A stretch of DNA of 64,000 nucleotides from an uncultured Pleomorphomonas sp. (GTDB taxonomy: Bacteria; Pseudomonadota; Alphaproteobacteria; Rhizobiales; Pleomorphomonadaceae). The translations under genes and the position numbers were made by a program. The notes below the pieces were generated by a model, which was not told where the DNA came from, did no database searches, and was given only the letters and a program-made list of their open reading frames with translations. Positions 18,243 through 28,239 of the stretch are shown piece by piece. The stretch is taken from the NCBI GenBank assembly GCA_963665435.2, contig CAXXNH010000064.1, positions 24,699 through 88,698 on the forward strand, given 5' to 3'. Each line of letters starts with the position of its first letter. Within the stretch, counting starts at the first letter, position 1.

Positions 18243-19850
18243 GTGACCATTCCAGCCGGCCCGGCCGACGCGCGCCGCGTGAGCACGAACGTGATCCTCG
18301 AGATGCGCAACATCACCAAGACGTTTCCGGGCGTCAGGGCGTTGAGCGACGTCAGCTTTTCGGTAGAGGAAGGCGAAATCCATGCGCTCTGCGGCGAGAA
18401 CGGCGCCGGCAAGTCGACGCTGATGAAGGTGCTGAGCGGCGTCTATCCCTACGGCACCTATGACGGCGAGATCTACTACAACGGCCAACTCAAGAAGTTC
18501 GGCTCGATCAAGGATACCGAGGAAGAAGGTATCATCATCATTCACCAGGAACTCGCGCTGATCCCGATGCTGTCGATCGCCGAGAACATCTTCCTGGGCA
18601 ACGAGGTTGCCAAGGGCGGCGTCATCAACTGGGCCGAGGCGACCCGCCGGACGACCGAGCTTCTGGCCAAGGTTGGCCTCAGGGAAAATCCGTCGACACT
18701 GATCACCAACATTGGCGTCGGCAAGCAGCAGCTGGTCGAGATCGCCAAGGCGCTATCCAAGAAAGTGAAGCTGCTCATCCTCGACGAGCCCACCGCCTCG
18801 CTCAACGAAAGCGACTCCAACGCGCTGCTCGACCTGCTGCTCGAGTTCAAGAAGCAGGGCCTCACCTCGATCATCATCTCGCACAAGCTCAACGAGATCT
18901 CCCGTGTCGCCGACAAGATCACCGTCTTGCGCGATGGCGCCACGGTCGAGACGCTCGACTGCCATGCCGAGAAGATCTCCGAAGCCCGCATCATCCAAGG
19001 CATGGTCGGCCGCGAGCTCAGTGACCGCTTTCCCAAGCGCGTGTCGAAGCTCGGCGAGACCATCTTCGAAGTTCGCAACTGGACGGCATATCACCCGATC
19101 CATTCCGATCGGAAGATATCCAACGGCATCAATCTCAACGTCAAACGTGGCGAAGTCGTGGGTATCGCCGGCCTGATGGGCGCCGGCCGCACCGAGTTCG
19201 CCATGAGCGTGTTCGGCCGCTCCTACGGGCAGAAGATCTCCGGCGAAGTGCTGATCAACGGCAAGCCGGCCGACGTGTCCACCGTCGAGCGGGCGATCAA
19301 GTCGGGCCTCGCCTACGTCACCGAGGACCGCAAGCAGCTCGGTCTGGTGCTGATCAACAACGTGATGCACAACAACACGTTGGCCAATCACAAGGGCATC
19401 TCTAGGAATTTCGTCATCGACGAGTATACCGAGCGCAAGGCGGCCAACGAGTACCGGCAGAAGCTTCGCATCCGCACGCCGAGCATCTACCAGGACGTCG
19501 TAAACCTCTCCGGCGGCAATCAGCAGAAGGTCGTTCTGGCCAAGTGGCTGTTTGCCAATCCGGACGTGCTTATCCTCGACGAGCCGACGCGCGGCATCGA
19601 TGTCGGTGCCAAGTACGAGATCTACACCATCGTCAACGACCTCGTCGCCGCCGGCAAGGCGGTCATCTTCATCTCCTCGGAAATGCCGGAACTACTCGGC
19701 ACCTGCGACCGCATCTACGTCATGAACGAGGGTGCGATCGTGGCCGAAATGCCCGCCGCCGAGGCCAGCCAGGAAAACATCATGGGCGCCATCATGCGCC
19801 AGAGCGTTTTGCATGAGCAGCCGCTTTTCGATCGGGTCGTTCCAACCTGA
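18243..19850 (+). CDS. mmsA: Multiple-monosaccharide ABC transporter ATPase (GguA/MmsA)
   Basis: [44 protein letters not shown]. Confidence 0.92.
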   Translation: MTIPAGPADARRVSTNVILEMRNITKTFPGVRALSDVSFSVEEGEIHALCGENGAGKSTLMKVLSGVYPYGTYDGEIYYNGQLKKFGSIKDTEEEGIIIIHQELALIPMLSIAENIFLGNEVAKGGVINWAEATRRTTELLAKVGLRENPSTLITNIGVGKQQLVEIAKALSKKVKLLILDEPTASLNESDSNALLDLLLEFKKQGLTSIIISHKLNEISRVADKITVLRDGATVETLDCHAEKISEARIIQGMVGRELSDRFPKRVSKLGETIFEVRNWTAYHPIHSDRKISNGINLNVKRGEVVGIAGLMGAGRTEFAMSVFGRSYGQKISGEVLINGKPADVSTVERAIKSGLAYVTEDRKQLGLVLINNVMHNNTLANHKGISRNFVIDEYTERKAANEYRQKLRIRTPSIYQDVVNLSGGNQQKVVLAKWLFANPDVLILDEPTRGIDVGAKYEIYTIVNDLVAAGKAVIFISSEMPELLGTCDRIYVMNEGAIVAEMPAAEASQENIMGAIMRQSVLHEQPLFDRVVPT

Positions 19851-19878
19851 TCGGCGGGTGCTTTAGGGAGAAGGTTTG

Positions 19879-21090
19879 ATGTCCAGCCTGAATACGCCGA
19901 TAGCGGAAGAAAATGCGTCGTTGGCCTCGGCATTCCGCCGCAACGCCAAGGACTACGGCATGCTGATCGCCCTGATTGCCGTGATGGTGTTCTTCCAGTT
20001 CATCACCGGCGGCGTGTTGTTCATGCCGGTTAACCTGACCAACCTGGTGCTGCAGAACTCCTTCGTCGTCATCATGGCGCTGGGCATGCTGCTGGTCATC
20101 ATCGCCGGCCACATCGACCTCTCCGTCGGCTCGATCGTCGGCGTCATCGGTGCGCTCGCCGCCATCCTGATGATCCGGCTGCAGATCAATCCCTGGATCG
20201 CCTGCCTGATCTGCCTGGCAGTCGGCGGAGCGATCGGCGCCTCGCAGGGCTACTGGGTGGCCTATCACCACATCCCGGCGTTCATCGTCACGCTGGCCGG
20301 CATGCTGGTGTTCCGCGGCGTCACCTTCTGGATACTCGGCGGCATGAACATCAGCCCGTTCCCGTCAGGGTTCACCAAGCTGTCCACCGGCTTCCTGCCC
20401 GACCTGCTCCCCCTGCCGGAACTCCCCCTGCTGGGCAGCCTGCACTCCACCTCGATCATCCTCACCCTCGCCTTGACGGCCGCCTTCGTTCACGCCTCCC
20501 TCCGGGCGCGCAAGCGCGACGAAGCGCATGGCGAGGATGTGCCGCCGATGTCGTTCTTCCTGATACGGACGGCGGTCATCGCGGCGATCATGCTGTTCCT
20601 CGGCTACCAGCTCTCGACCTACAAGGGCTTCCCAAACATCCTGCTCGTCATGGGTTTGTTGGTCGCGGCCTATTACTTCCTCACTACCCGTACCACCATC
20701 GGCCGCTGCATCTACGCACTCGGCGGCAACGAGAAGGCAACGAGGCTCTCCGGCATCAATACCGACCGCTATTCCTTCTACACCTTCATCAACATGGGGG
20801 TCATGGCGGCCTTTGCCGGCCTGATCATCGCCGCCCGCCTCAACTCCTCGACGCCCAAGGCCGGCACCGGTTTCGAAATGGACTGCATTGCCGCCTGCTA
20901 CATCGGCGGCGCCTCGACGACAGGCGGTGTCGGGCGGGTGACCGGCGCGGTGGTCGGCGCCTTCATCATGGGCGTGCTCAACAACGGCATGTCGATCATG
21001 GGCCTTGGCATCGACTTCCAGCAGATGGTCAAGGGTCTGGTGCTGCTCGCCGCCGTCGTGTTCGACCTCTACAATAAAAACAAGGGGTAG
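19879..21090 (+). CDS. mmsB: Multiple-monosaccharide ABC transporter permease (GguB/MmsB)
   Basis: YGMLIAL, GHIDLSVGS, ARLNSSTPKAG, QQMVKGLVLLAAV. Confidence 0.92.
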   Translation: MSSLNTPIAEENASLASAFRRNAKDYGMLIALIAVMVFFQFITGGVLFMPVNLTNLVLQNSFVVIMALGMLLVIIAGHIDLSVGSIVGVIGALAAILMIRLQINPWIACLICLAVGGAIGASQGYWVAYHHIPAFIVTLAGMLVFRGVTFWILGGMNISPFPSGFTKLSTGFLPDLLPLPELPLLGSLHSTSIILTLALTAAFVHASLRARKRDEAHGEDVPPMSFFLIRTAVIAAIMLFLGYQLSTYKGFPNILLVMGLLVAAYYFLTTRTTIGRCIYALGGNEKATRLSGINTDRYSFYTFINMGVMAAFAGLIIAARLNSSTPKAGTGFEMDCIAACYIGGASTTGGVGRVTGAVVGAFIMGVLNNGMSIMGLGIDFQQMVKGLVLLAAVVFDLYNKNKG

Positions 21091-21153
21091 GTTCCTCCAG
21101 CCCCCGATCCTCCTCACCACCTGCGGAGCCGAAAGGCTCCGCTTTCTTATGCA

Positions 21154-21187
21154 AAACGCCCCGGCGCGACTGGCACCGGGGCGATTT
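21154..21187. terminator. Bidirectional terminator
   Basis: AAAACGCCCCGG...CCGGGGCGATTT between convergent genes. Confidence 0.7.
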
Positions 21188-21213
21188 CGTTCGCTTGCGA
21201 TCTTGAGGCTCGG

Positions 21214-21450
21214 TCAGGCGGCGCGCCGATGCGGCGGCATGCGCAGGTTGTCCACGGGCTCCCAGACGGCGCGGTCGAGTTCGCGCTCGGCGGTCTCGCG
21301 GCAGAAGCCGACATCGTCGAGCAGATACGGATCCTCGACAAGCCGCTGCAGGTCATGCCTGAGCTGGCTGCGCTTGCGCCACTGCCGGTAGATATGCCCC
21401 GGGTTGAAGGTGTTGCCGGCCCACTGGCGGAGGGACATCGAGAAAATCAT
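21214..21450 (-). CDS. DUF1127-family small protein (78 aa)
   Basis: WRKRSQLRHDLQRL..DPYLLDDVG..R..A..E....W motif; GGAG SD. Confidence 0.8.
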   Translation of the reverse strand: MIFSMSLRQWAGNTFNPGHIYRQWRKRSQLRHDLQRLVEDPYLLDDVGFCRETAERELDRAVWEPVDNLRMPPHRRAA

Positions 21451-21788
21451 GATAAAACTCCGTGAGCTTCGTCTGGCCTCTATATGACGATCCCCCATCG
21501 TCCCTTCAAACGCCTTTTTTGCCCGCTTGACGTTCCAAAAACTCATCCGTAAACAAATCCTTTCCGAGCCCGCGTTCCCGGTAGGCGCGAAAGGACGATC
21601 GCTAGGTGAAACTGCGTGTATTCCCGCCATATTTCTGACAAATCAGCTCTTTTTTGGCTGTGTCCTAAGGGATTTGCAGGATGGCGATACCGCGTTGATA
21701 CCTTGGTCGATAAGAGGTCCTCGCAGGTCCCGGCGATGCCTTGACGTGCATGAAAATCAACCGGACCAACAGTTTGGGAGTCCCGAAC

Positions 21789-22688
21789 ATGGCCGTTAGC
21801 CGTCTGCCCAGCCTCAACGCCCTCAGGGCCTTCGAGAGCGTCGCCCGCCTCGGCGCGTTCAACCGCGCCGCCGAGGAGCTCAACGTCACCGAGAGCGCCG
21901 TCAGCCGGCAGATCCGCGCACTGGAGGACGACTTGCGCGTCGAACTGTTCCGCCGCATCCATCGCGGCGTGCGCCTGTCGCCGGAGGGCGAGCAACTGGC
22001 GCTGTCGCTCGGCACCGCCTTCGAGGCGATACGGCGCGGCGTCGAGCAGATCCGCGCCCGCCCCGGCGTCGTCCGCGTCCGTACGCCGCCCACCTTCGGC
22101 GCCCGCTGGCTGCTGCCGCGCCTCAGGAGTTTCGAGACCGCCAACCCCGATCTCTCGGTCCGCGTGTCGGTGCTGTGGGAGAACATGGACCCCAGCGACG
22201 TCGAGAACGACGTCGGCATCCTCTACGAGTCGCGCCAGTGGCAGCCCGAGGAACTGGTGCCCTTCCTGATGGAGCGACTGACGCCGGTCTGCTCGCCGGC
22301 CTACTACCAGACCGTCGCCCATCTCGCCCCGCCCGAGCGGATCCGCCGAGGCCAGATCCTGCACGGCTCGGGCTTTGCCGACTGGAAGCGCTGGGTGGCC
22401 CGAGCCTTCGGCGACGAGGCGCTCGACGTCGAACATGGCGAAATCTTCGACACGATGGACACAGCGCTGCGCGCCGCCGAGGCCGGGCGCGGCTTTGCCA
22501 TCGGCGACCTCTCGATGATCGGCGACGACATCGCCCTCGGCCGCTTGGTGGCGCCGTTCAACATCGTCACCGGTGGCGTCGACAACCTCTACCTCGTGCG
22601 TCGCGACCGTATCCGCCCGAAGCCCGAGGTGACCCGCTTCGTCGAGTGGCTCTACGCCCAGGTGGAGGAGATGAATGAGGGAGGCTGA
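21789..22688 (+). CDS. LysR-family regulator (GcvA-like)
   Basis: RLPSLNALRAFESVARLG...AAEELNVTESAVSRQIRALE; WLLPRL. Confidence 0.93.
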   Translation: MAVSRLPSLNALRAFESVARLGAFNRAAEELNVTESAVSRQIRALEDDLRVELFRRIHRGVRLSPEGEQLALSLGTAFEAIRRGVEQIRARPGVVRVRTPPTFGARWLLPRLRSFETANPDLSVRVSVLWENMDPSDVENDVGILYESRQWQPEELVPFLMERLTPVCSPAYYQTVAHLAPPERIRRGQILHGSGFADWKRWVARAFGDEALDVEHGEIFDTMDTALRAAEAGRGFAIGDLSMIGDDIALGRLVAPFNIVTGGVDNLYLVRRDRIRPKPEVTRFVEWLYAQVEEMNEGG

Positions 22689-22766
22689 GATTCTGGGCAC
22701 CCTCCATCCTGCACCCGAAAGAGGCAGCGTGCGTGGCGAGGAGCGCCACTGCCGCTCTTTCCAGCC

Positions 22767-22923
22767 TTGACAGCGACAAAGAAGCTCAGATAGCATTCAT
22801 GCCTAATTGATGGGCGGAGATGTATCGCCCCCATGACATGAGCTCTTCCAGAGCAACGGGCAGCATGGCCCCATGACCTTTCGGCGTTCGTTCGAGCGAG
22901 CCGGAGCGTGTCATGGGGTTTTT
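22767..22923 (+). promoter_or_regulatory. Promoter plus attenuator leader (candidate ANTAR target) of the amiC-amiR operon
   Basis: TTGACA(22767)-N18-TAGCAT; terminator GGCCCCATGAC...GTCATGGGGTT-TTT before amiC; an ANTAR protein is encoded in the operon. Confidence 0.7.
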
Positions 22924-22951
22924 CGCATTGGTCGTTGCGTTGAGGTTTGCG

Positions 22952-24091
22952 ATGGACGGCACGATCAAGATCGGAATCTTGTTCTCCTGCACCGGACCCT
23001 ACGGCTCCATAGGGCGTGATTGTCGCGATGGAGCGGCGCTTGCCTTTGCCGAGGCCAGCGAGATGGCCGGCAAGGGGATATCGTTCGAGCCCGTCTACAC
23101 CGATCCGGAGGGTGAACCGCGCGCCTATCTGGAGCAGGCGCGCGCCATGCTGCGCGACGGATGCCGCCTCATCATCGGAACCATCACCTCGCTCGCCCGC
23201 AAGGAAGTCATCCCGCTCATCGAAAAGCATGACGGCCTGCTCTGGTACATCTGTCCCTACGAGGGCTTCGAGGCCAACGAGAACGTCATCTACACCGGCG
23301 CCTGCCCCAACCAGCACCTGATGCCGCTGTTCGAGCATCTGCTCCCGAGACAGGGGCGGCGGGTCTATCTCATCGGCGCCAACTATGTCTGGGGCTGGGA
23401 GATGAACCGCATCGCCCGCGACCTGCTCAGGGATGCCGGTGGCGAAGTCGTCGGCGAGCGTTATCTTCCCATCGAGGAAACCGATGTCGACAGGTTGATC
23501 GCCGACATCCGGAGCCGTCGCCCCGACTTCATCCTCAACAACATGATCGGCCCCTCGAGCCATGCCTTCCTGAGAGCCTACAAGGCGCTCGGCGATGCCG
23601 AACCCGCCTTCCGCCCAGAGGTGCGGCCGGTGGTGAGTTGCGATCTCACCGAAGCCGAGATCGGCGAGATCGGCCTTGGCCTTTCCACCGGCCACCTGTC
23701 GGCCGCCAGCTATTTCGGCACCCTGGCAACGCCGGAGAACGAGCGCTTTCGCGCCCGTGCCGCCACGGCGTTCGGCACGGATCGCCGGCTCTCGTCCTTC
23801 GTAGAAGGCGCCTATGTCGCCGCTCACATGCTGATGGACGCGGTTCGGTCCGTCGGAACCGATGAGCCGTCGGCCGTGCGCGAGGCGGTCCACACCCGCC
23901 TGTTCGAAACGCCGCACGGTCCGATGCGCATCGATCCACGAACCAACCACGCGGCCCTGCCCTTCCACCTCGGTCGCATCCGCGACGATGGCAACTTCGA
24001 TATCATCGCCAGCCGCCCCGCCATGGCGGCCGACCCCTACATGACGGCGCCGCGCGAAGGCAGCCGCTCCAGCTTGAGGGTGGTCTCATGA
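22952..24091 (+). CDS. amiC: AmiC-like amide-sensing regulator (PBP fold)
   Basis: IGILFSCTGPY, TSLARKEVIP, YEGFE, GACPNQH, GANYVWGWE; no signal peptide. Confidence 0.8.
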   Translation: MDGTIKIGILFSCTGPYGSIGRDCRDGAALAFAEASEMAGKGISFEPVYTDPEGEPRAYLEQARAMLRDGCRLIIGTITSLARKEVIPLIEKHDGLLWYICPYEGFEANENVIYTGACPNQHLMPLFEHLLPRQGRRVYLIGANYVWGWEMNRIARDLLRDAGGEVVGERYLPIEETDVDRLIADIRSRRPDFILNNMIGPSSHAFLRAYKALGDAEPAFRPEVRPVVSCDLTEAEIGEIGLGLSTGHLSAASYFGTLATPENERFRARAATAFGTDRRLSSFVEGAYVAAHMLMDAVRSVGTDEPSAVREAVHTRLFETPHGPMRIDPRTNHAALPFHLGRIRDDGNFDIIASRPAMAADPYMTAPREGSRSSLRVVS

Positions 24092-24672
24092 CGGTGATCC
24101 CCGACCTCGTCGGCCTCAAGGTCGCCATTCTCCACCGCCTCGACGAAGGGATCGGGCGTCTTGTCCGGCAGCTTGGCCTGCTGGGTCTCGAGGCGCATGT
24201 CCAATGGACGCCGCTGGACCTCAAGGCGACGCCGGCCGACATCGTGCTGGTGGATGCCGATCAGGGCTGGTCGGGGCTGTTGCCCTGGTCGGGAGAGCCG
24301 GCGCCAGTCCCGATGGTCGCCTTGCTGCAATCGGAAGCGCCGGGCCGCGTGGCCTGGGCGATCTCCGAAGGCGCGCTTTCCATCCTGCCAAAGCCGGTGG
24401 TGCCCGCCGCGGTCTATCCGGCGCTGGTGCTAGCCGTCGCCGCCCATGCCCGCGCTGTCGAAGCGGCTGCGCGCATGGAACGGCTCGAGGAGCGGCTGCG
24501 CATGCGGCCCCTGGTGCATGCCGCCGTCAGATCCATCGAAATGGCGGTCCACTGCGATGAAGAAGCGGCCTACGCGGCTCTCCGCCGCGCGGCCATGAAG
24601 CGTCGCATCACCATAGAACAGACCGCCGCCGAGATGCTGGCCGGCGTCATCCCCCTGTCGGAGGCCGGCTGA
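24088..24672 (+). CDS. amiR: AmiR-like ANTAR antiterminator with pseudo-receiver domain
   Basis: EEAAYAALRRAAMKRRITIE ANTAR motif; coupled to amiC by ATGA overlap. Confidence 0.8.
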   Translation: MTVIPDLVGLKVAILHRLDEGIGRLVRQLGLLGLEAHVQWTPLDLKATPADIVLVDADQGWSGLLPWSGEPAPVPMVALLQSEAPGRVAWAISEGALSILPKPVVPAAVYPALVLAVAAHARAVEAAARMERLEERLRMRPLVHAAVRSIEMAVHCDEEAAYAALRRAAMKRRITIEQTAAEMLAGVIPLSEAG

Positions 24673-25520
24673 TGCGCATCGCCCGTGAGTTCCTGCGCCG
24701 GCCCACAGCGGTCTTTGGCCTGATCGTCGTGCTTCTGGTGGTGATCGGCGCCCTGGCGGCGCCGCTGATCTCGCCTTACGCGCCCGACGAGCAGCTGTTC
24801 GACGGCCTGACCCTCGAAGGCGCGCCGATCGGACCCGACGCGGTCTTTCTTCTCGGCACCGACACGCTCGGCCGCGATCTCCTGACCCGCCTGCTGTTCG
24901 GTGCCCGCACCTCGCTGATCATCGGCGTCGTCGCCAACGGCACCGCCGTGACCATCGGCCTCGGCGTCGGCATGCTGGCTGGCTATCTGCGAGGCCCGGC
25001 GGGCAATGCCTTGATGCGCTTCACCGATCTGATGATGGCGTTTCCCGCCCTGCTCCTCGCCATCGTGCTGGCGGCGCTGTTCCACCCGAGCCTCTGGATC
25101 GTCGCCATGGTGATTGCCATGGTCAACTGGGTGCAGGTGGCGCGCATCGTCTACACCGAAACGCGCGGGCTGGTGGAGCGCGACTTCATCCTCGCCCAAC
25201 GATCGCTGGGCGCCGGCCACGGCCGCATCGTCTTCAAGCATATCCTGCCGCACCTCATGCCGACCGCCATCGTCTGGGGCACGCTCGGCATCGCAACCAC
25301 GGTGCTGCTGGAAGCGACACTGTCCTTCCTCGGCGTCGGCGTGCAGCCGCCGGAACCGTCCTGGGGCAACATCATCTTCGAAAGCCAGAGCTTCTTCACG
25401 GCGGCGCCCTGGCTGGTGATCTTCCCGGGCATCGCCATCCTGCTGACGGCGCTCTCCTTCAATCTGGTCGGCGACGCCTTGCGCGACATCCTCGACCCGA
25501 CCCAGCGCGGGAGGATGTGA
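24672..25520 (+). CDS. Peptide/nickel ABC permease (DppC-like)
   Basis: LGTDTLGRD, EATLSFLGVGVQPP. Confidence 0.93.
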   Translation: MRIAREFLRRPTAVFGLIVVLLVVIGALAAPLISPYAPDEQLFDGLTLEGAPIGPDAVFLLGTDTLGRDLLTRLLFGARTSLIIGVVANGTAVTIGLGVGMLAGYLRGPAGNALMRFTDLMMAFPALLLAIVLAALFHPSLWIVAMVIAMVNWVQVARIVYTETRGLVERDFILAQRSLGAGHGRIVFKHILPHLMPTAIVWGTLGIATTVLLEATLSFLGVGVQPPEPSWGNIIFESQSFFTAAPWLVIFPGIAILLTALSFNLVGDALRDILDPTQRGRM

Positions 25521-25521
25521 G

Positions 25522-26442
25522 ATGATCGAATTGATCCTGCGCCGGCTCGGCGGCGCGCTGATGATCCTGTTCGGTGTCGCCGCCATCACCTTCGTGCTGC
25601 TCTACGCCTTGCCGGCCGACCCGGCGGTGCAACTAGCCGGCCGCTCGGCCACCGCCCAGACGGTCGCCAACATCCGTCACGAGCTCGGCCTCGACCAACC
25701 GCTTCTCCTGCAGTTCGTCCACTATCTCGGCAACCTCGTGCAGGGCGATTTCGGTCGCTCCTACACCCAGAAGACCGAGGTGATGACACTGATCCTCGCC
25801 CGCCTGCCGGCGACGTTGATCCTCATGGTCACGGGCATCCTGGTCGAGGTGGCGATCGGCCTGACGCTCGGAACCATAGCGGCTCTCAATCGCGGCGGCT
25901 TTGTCGACCGGCTGGTGATGACCGTATCCTTCGTCGGCGTGTCGGCCCCGCAGTTCGTCGTTGCCCTGCTGTTGCTCTACGTCTTCGCGGCAACGCTGCA
26001 ATGGTTCCCGATGTCCGGCTTCGGCACCTTCAGCCACGTCGTGCTGCCGGCGCTGACCCTCGGCGTGCTGGGGGCCGGCTGGTATGCCCGCATGGTTCGC
26101 TCGGCGATGATCGACGTCCTCACGCAGGACTACATCCGGACGGCCCGGGCCAAGGGCGTCGCCGAGCGCGCGGTCATACTGCGCCACGCCGTGCCCAACG
26201 CGCTGCTGCCGATCGTCGCCATGATTGGCATCGACATCGGCCAGTTCATGGGCGGCGTGGTGGTGGTCGAAGCCGTCTACGGCTGGCCCGGCATCGGCCA
26301 GCTCGCCTGGCAGGCGATCCAGCAGGTCGACATTCCCATCATCATGGGCGTCACGCTCATTTCCTCGCTGGCCATCGTGACCGGCAACCTGATCGCCGAC
26401 CTCGTCGCGCCACTGATCGACCCCAGAATTCGGGCCCGGTAA
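25522..26442 (+). CDS. Peptide/nickel ABC permease (DppB-like)
   Basis: LGLDQPL, GDFGRSY, DYIRTARAKG, IDPRIR. Confidence 0.93.
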   Translation: MIELILRRLGGALMILFGVAAITFVLLYALPADPAVQLAGRSATAQTVANIRHELGLDQPLLLQFVHYLGNLVQGDFGRSYTQKTEVMTLILARLPATLILMVTGILVEVAIGLTLGTIAALNRGGFVDRLVMTVSFVGVSAPQFVVALLLLYVFAATLQWFPMSGFGTFSHVVLPALTLGVLGAGWYARMVRSAMIDVLTQDYIRTARAKGVAERAVILRHAVPNALLPIVAMIGIDIGQFMGGVVVVEAVYGWPGIGQLAWQAIQQVDIPIIMGVTLISSLAIVTGNLIADLVAPLIDPRIRAR

Positions 26443-26542
26443 GGCCGGCGAGAAAAGAATCCGGGCCCGATGGGCCCCGATGACGCCGGGCCTCCAGCCC
26501 GGCCAACGACAACAACAGACCTTGAAACAAAGGGGAACCCGC

Positions 26543-28159
26543 ATGACACATTGGCTGCATAGAACCGCGATCGCAGGACTGATGGCGCTGACGCCACTCG
26601 TCGCGCTGGCCGACGAGACACCCGTCAAGGGCGCCACCATCGTCGTCACCTACAAGGACGATATCGCCACACTCGACCCGGCCATCGGCTACGACTGGCA
26701 GAACTGGTCGATGATCAAGAGCCTGTTCTCCCGCCTGATGGAATACACCCCCGGCACGGCCGATCTGGTGCCGTCGCTGGCCGAGAGCTTCGAGATCACG
26801 CCGGACGGCCAGACCTACACCTTCAAGCTCCGTAAGGGCGTGAAGTTCTCCAATGGTCGCGAAGTGGTGGCCTCCGACGTCAAGTTTTCCATCGAACGCG
26901 CCGTCAATCCCAAGACGCAGGGGCCCGGCGCCGGCTTCTTCGGCGCCATTTCCGGCTTCGACGACCTGACGGGCGGCAAGGCCGAGGGTCTTTCCGGCAT
27001 CGAAACGCCCGACGACTACACGGTGGTGTTCAAGCTCAGCCGGCCCGACGCCACCTTCCTGCACGTTCTCGCCATCAACTTCTCCTCGATCGTGCCGAAG
27101 GAAGTCGTCGAGGCGGAAGGGCAGGATTTCGGCAAGAAGCCGGTTGGTTCGGGCGCCTTCGTCCTGAAGGACTGGGTGATCGGCCAGAGGCTGGTGTTCG
27201 AAAAGAACCCGAACTTCTACGTCGCCGACACGCCGAAGATCGACGGCTTCACCGTCGAGGTCGGCCAGGAGCCGCTGGTGGCTCTTCTGCGCCTGCAGCA
27301 GGGCGAAGTTGACATCGCCGGCGACGGCATCCCACCGGCCAAGTTCCTCGAGATCAAGAACGGCCCGGATGCCGCCGACATCATCGTCGATGGCGATCAG
27401 CTACAGACCGGCTATGTCGCCATCAACACCCGCGTCAAGCCGCTCGACGGCGTCAAGGTGCGCCAGGCCCTCAACATGGCCGTCAACAAGGAGCGCATCA
27501 CCCGCATAGTCAACGGCCGCGCCACGCCGGCCAACCAGCCTCTGCCGCCGCTGATGCCCGGCTACGACAAGGACTTCAAGGGCTACGCCTACGACATCGA
27601 AAAGGCCAAGTCGCTGCTTGCCGAAGCCGGCTATCCGGACGGCTTCACCACGGCGCTTTACGCCTCCTCGACCGATCCCAATCCGCGCATCGCCCAGGCG
27701 CTGCAGCAGGACTTTGCCGCCATCGGCGTCAAGGCCGAGATCAAGGCGCTGGCCAACGCCAACGTCATCGCCGCCGGTGGAACCGAGGGCGAAGCGCCGA
27801 TGATCTGGTCGGGCGGCATGGCCTGGATCGCCGACTTCCCCGATCCCTCGAACTTCTACGGCCCGATCCTGGGTTGCGCCGGTGCCGTCCAGGGCGGCTG
27901 GAACTGGTCCTGGTACTGCAACAAGGATCTCGACGCTCGCGCCATCGCGGCCGACTCGATGTCCGACCCGGCCAAGAAGGACGAGCGCGCCAAGCTCTGG
28001 GGGACGGTGTTCACCGACCTGATGGCCGACGCGCCGTGGATCCCGGTGTTCAACGAGCGCCGCGTCGTCGCCAAATCCAAGCGCATGGGCGGACCGGGCA
28101 ACATCTACATCGACCCGACGCGCGTCATCAACTACGACGCCATCTATGTAAAGCAATAA
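26543..28159 (+). CDS. ABC substrate-binding protein, family 5
   Basis: Signal peptide; TLDPA, YTFKLRKGVKFSNG, PVGSGAF, KVRQALN. Confidence 0.93.
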   Translation: MTHWLHRTAIAGLMALTPLVALADETPVKGATIVVTYKDDIATLDPAIGYDWQNWSMIKSLFSRLMEYTPGTADLVPSLAESFEITPDGQTYTFKLRKGVKFSNGREVVASDVKFSIERAVNPKTQGPGAGFFGAISGFDDLTGGKAEGLSGIETPDDYTVVFKLSRPDATFLHVLAINFSSIVPKEVVEAEGQDFGKKPVGSGAFVLKDWVIGQRLVFEKNPNFYVADTPKIDGFTVEVGQEPLVALLRLQQGEVDIAGDGIPPAKFLEIKNGPDAADIIVDGDQLQTGYVAINTRVKPLDGVKVRQALNMAVNKERITRIVNGRATPANQPLPPLMPGYDKDFKGYAYDIEKAKSLLAEAGYPDGFTTALYASSTDPNPRIAQALQQDFAAIGVKAEIKALANANVIAAGGTEGEAPMIWSGGMAWIADFPDPSNFYGPILGCAGAVQGGWNWSWYCNKDLDARAIAADSMSDPAKKDERAKLWGTVFTDLMADAPWIPVFNERRVVAKSKRMGGPGNIYIDPTRVINYDAIYVKQ

Positions 28160-28239
28160 CAAGGACTTGCCCGCAAGTCCGCGCCAGCGCGGGGGAGGTT
28201 TGATCCTCCCCCGTTCCCTGGCTCGAGGGAGAAATCGCC

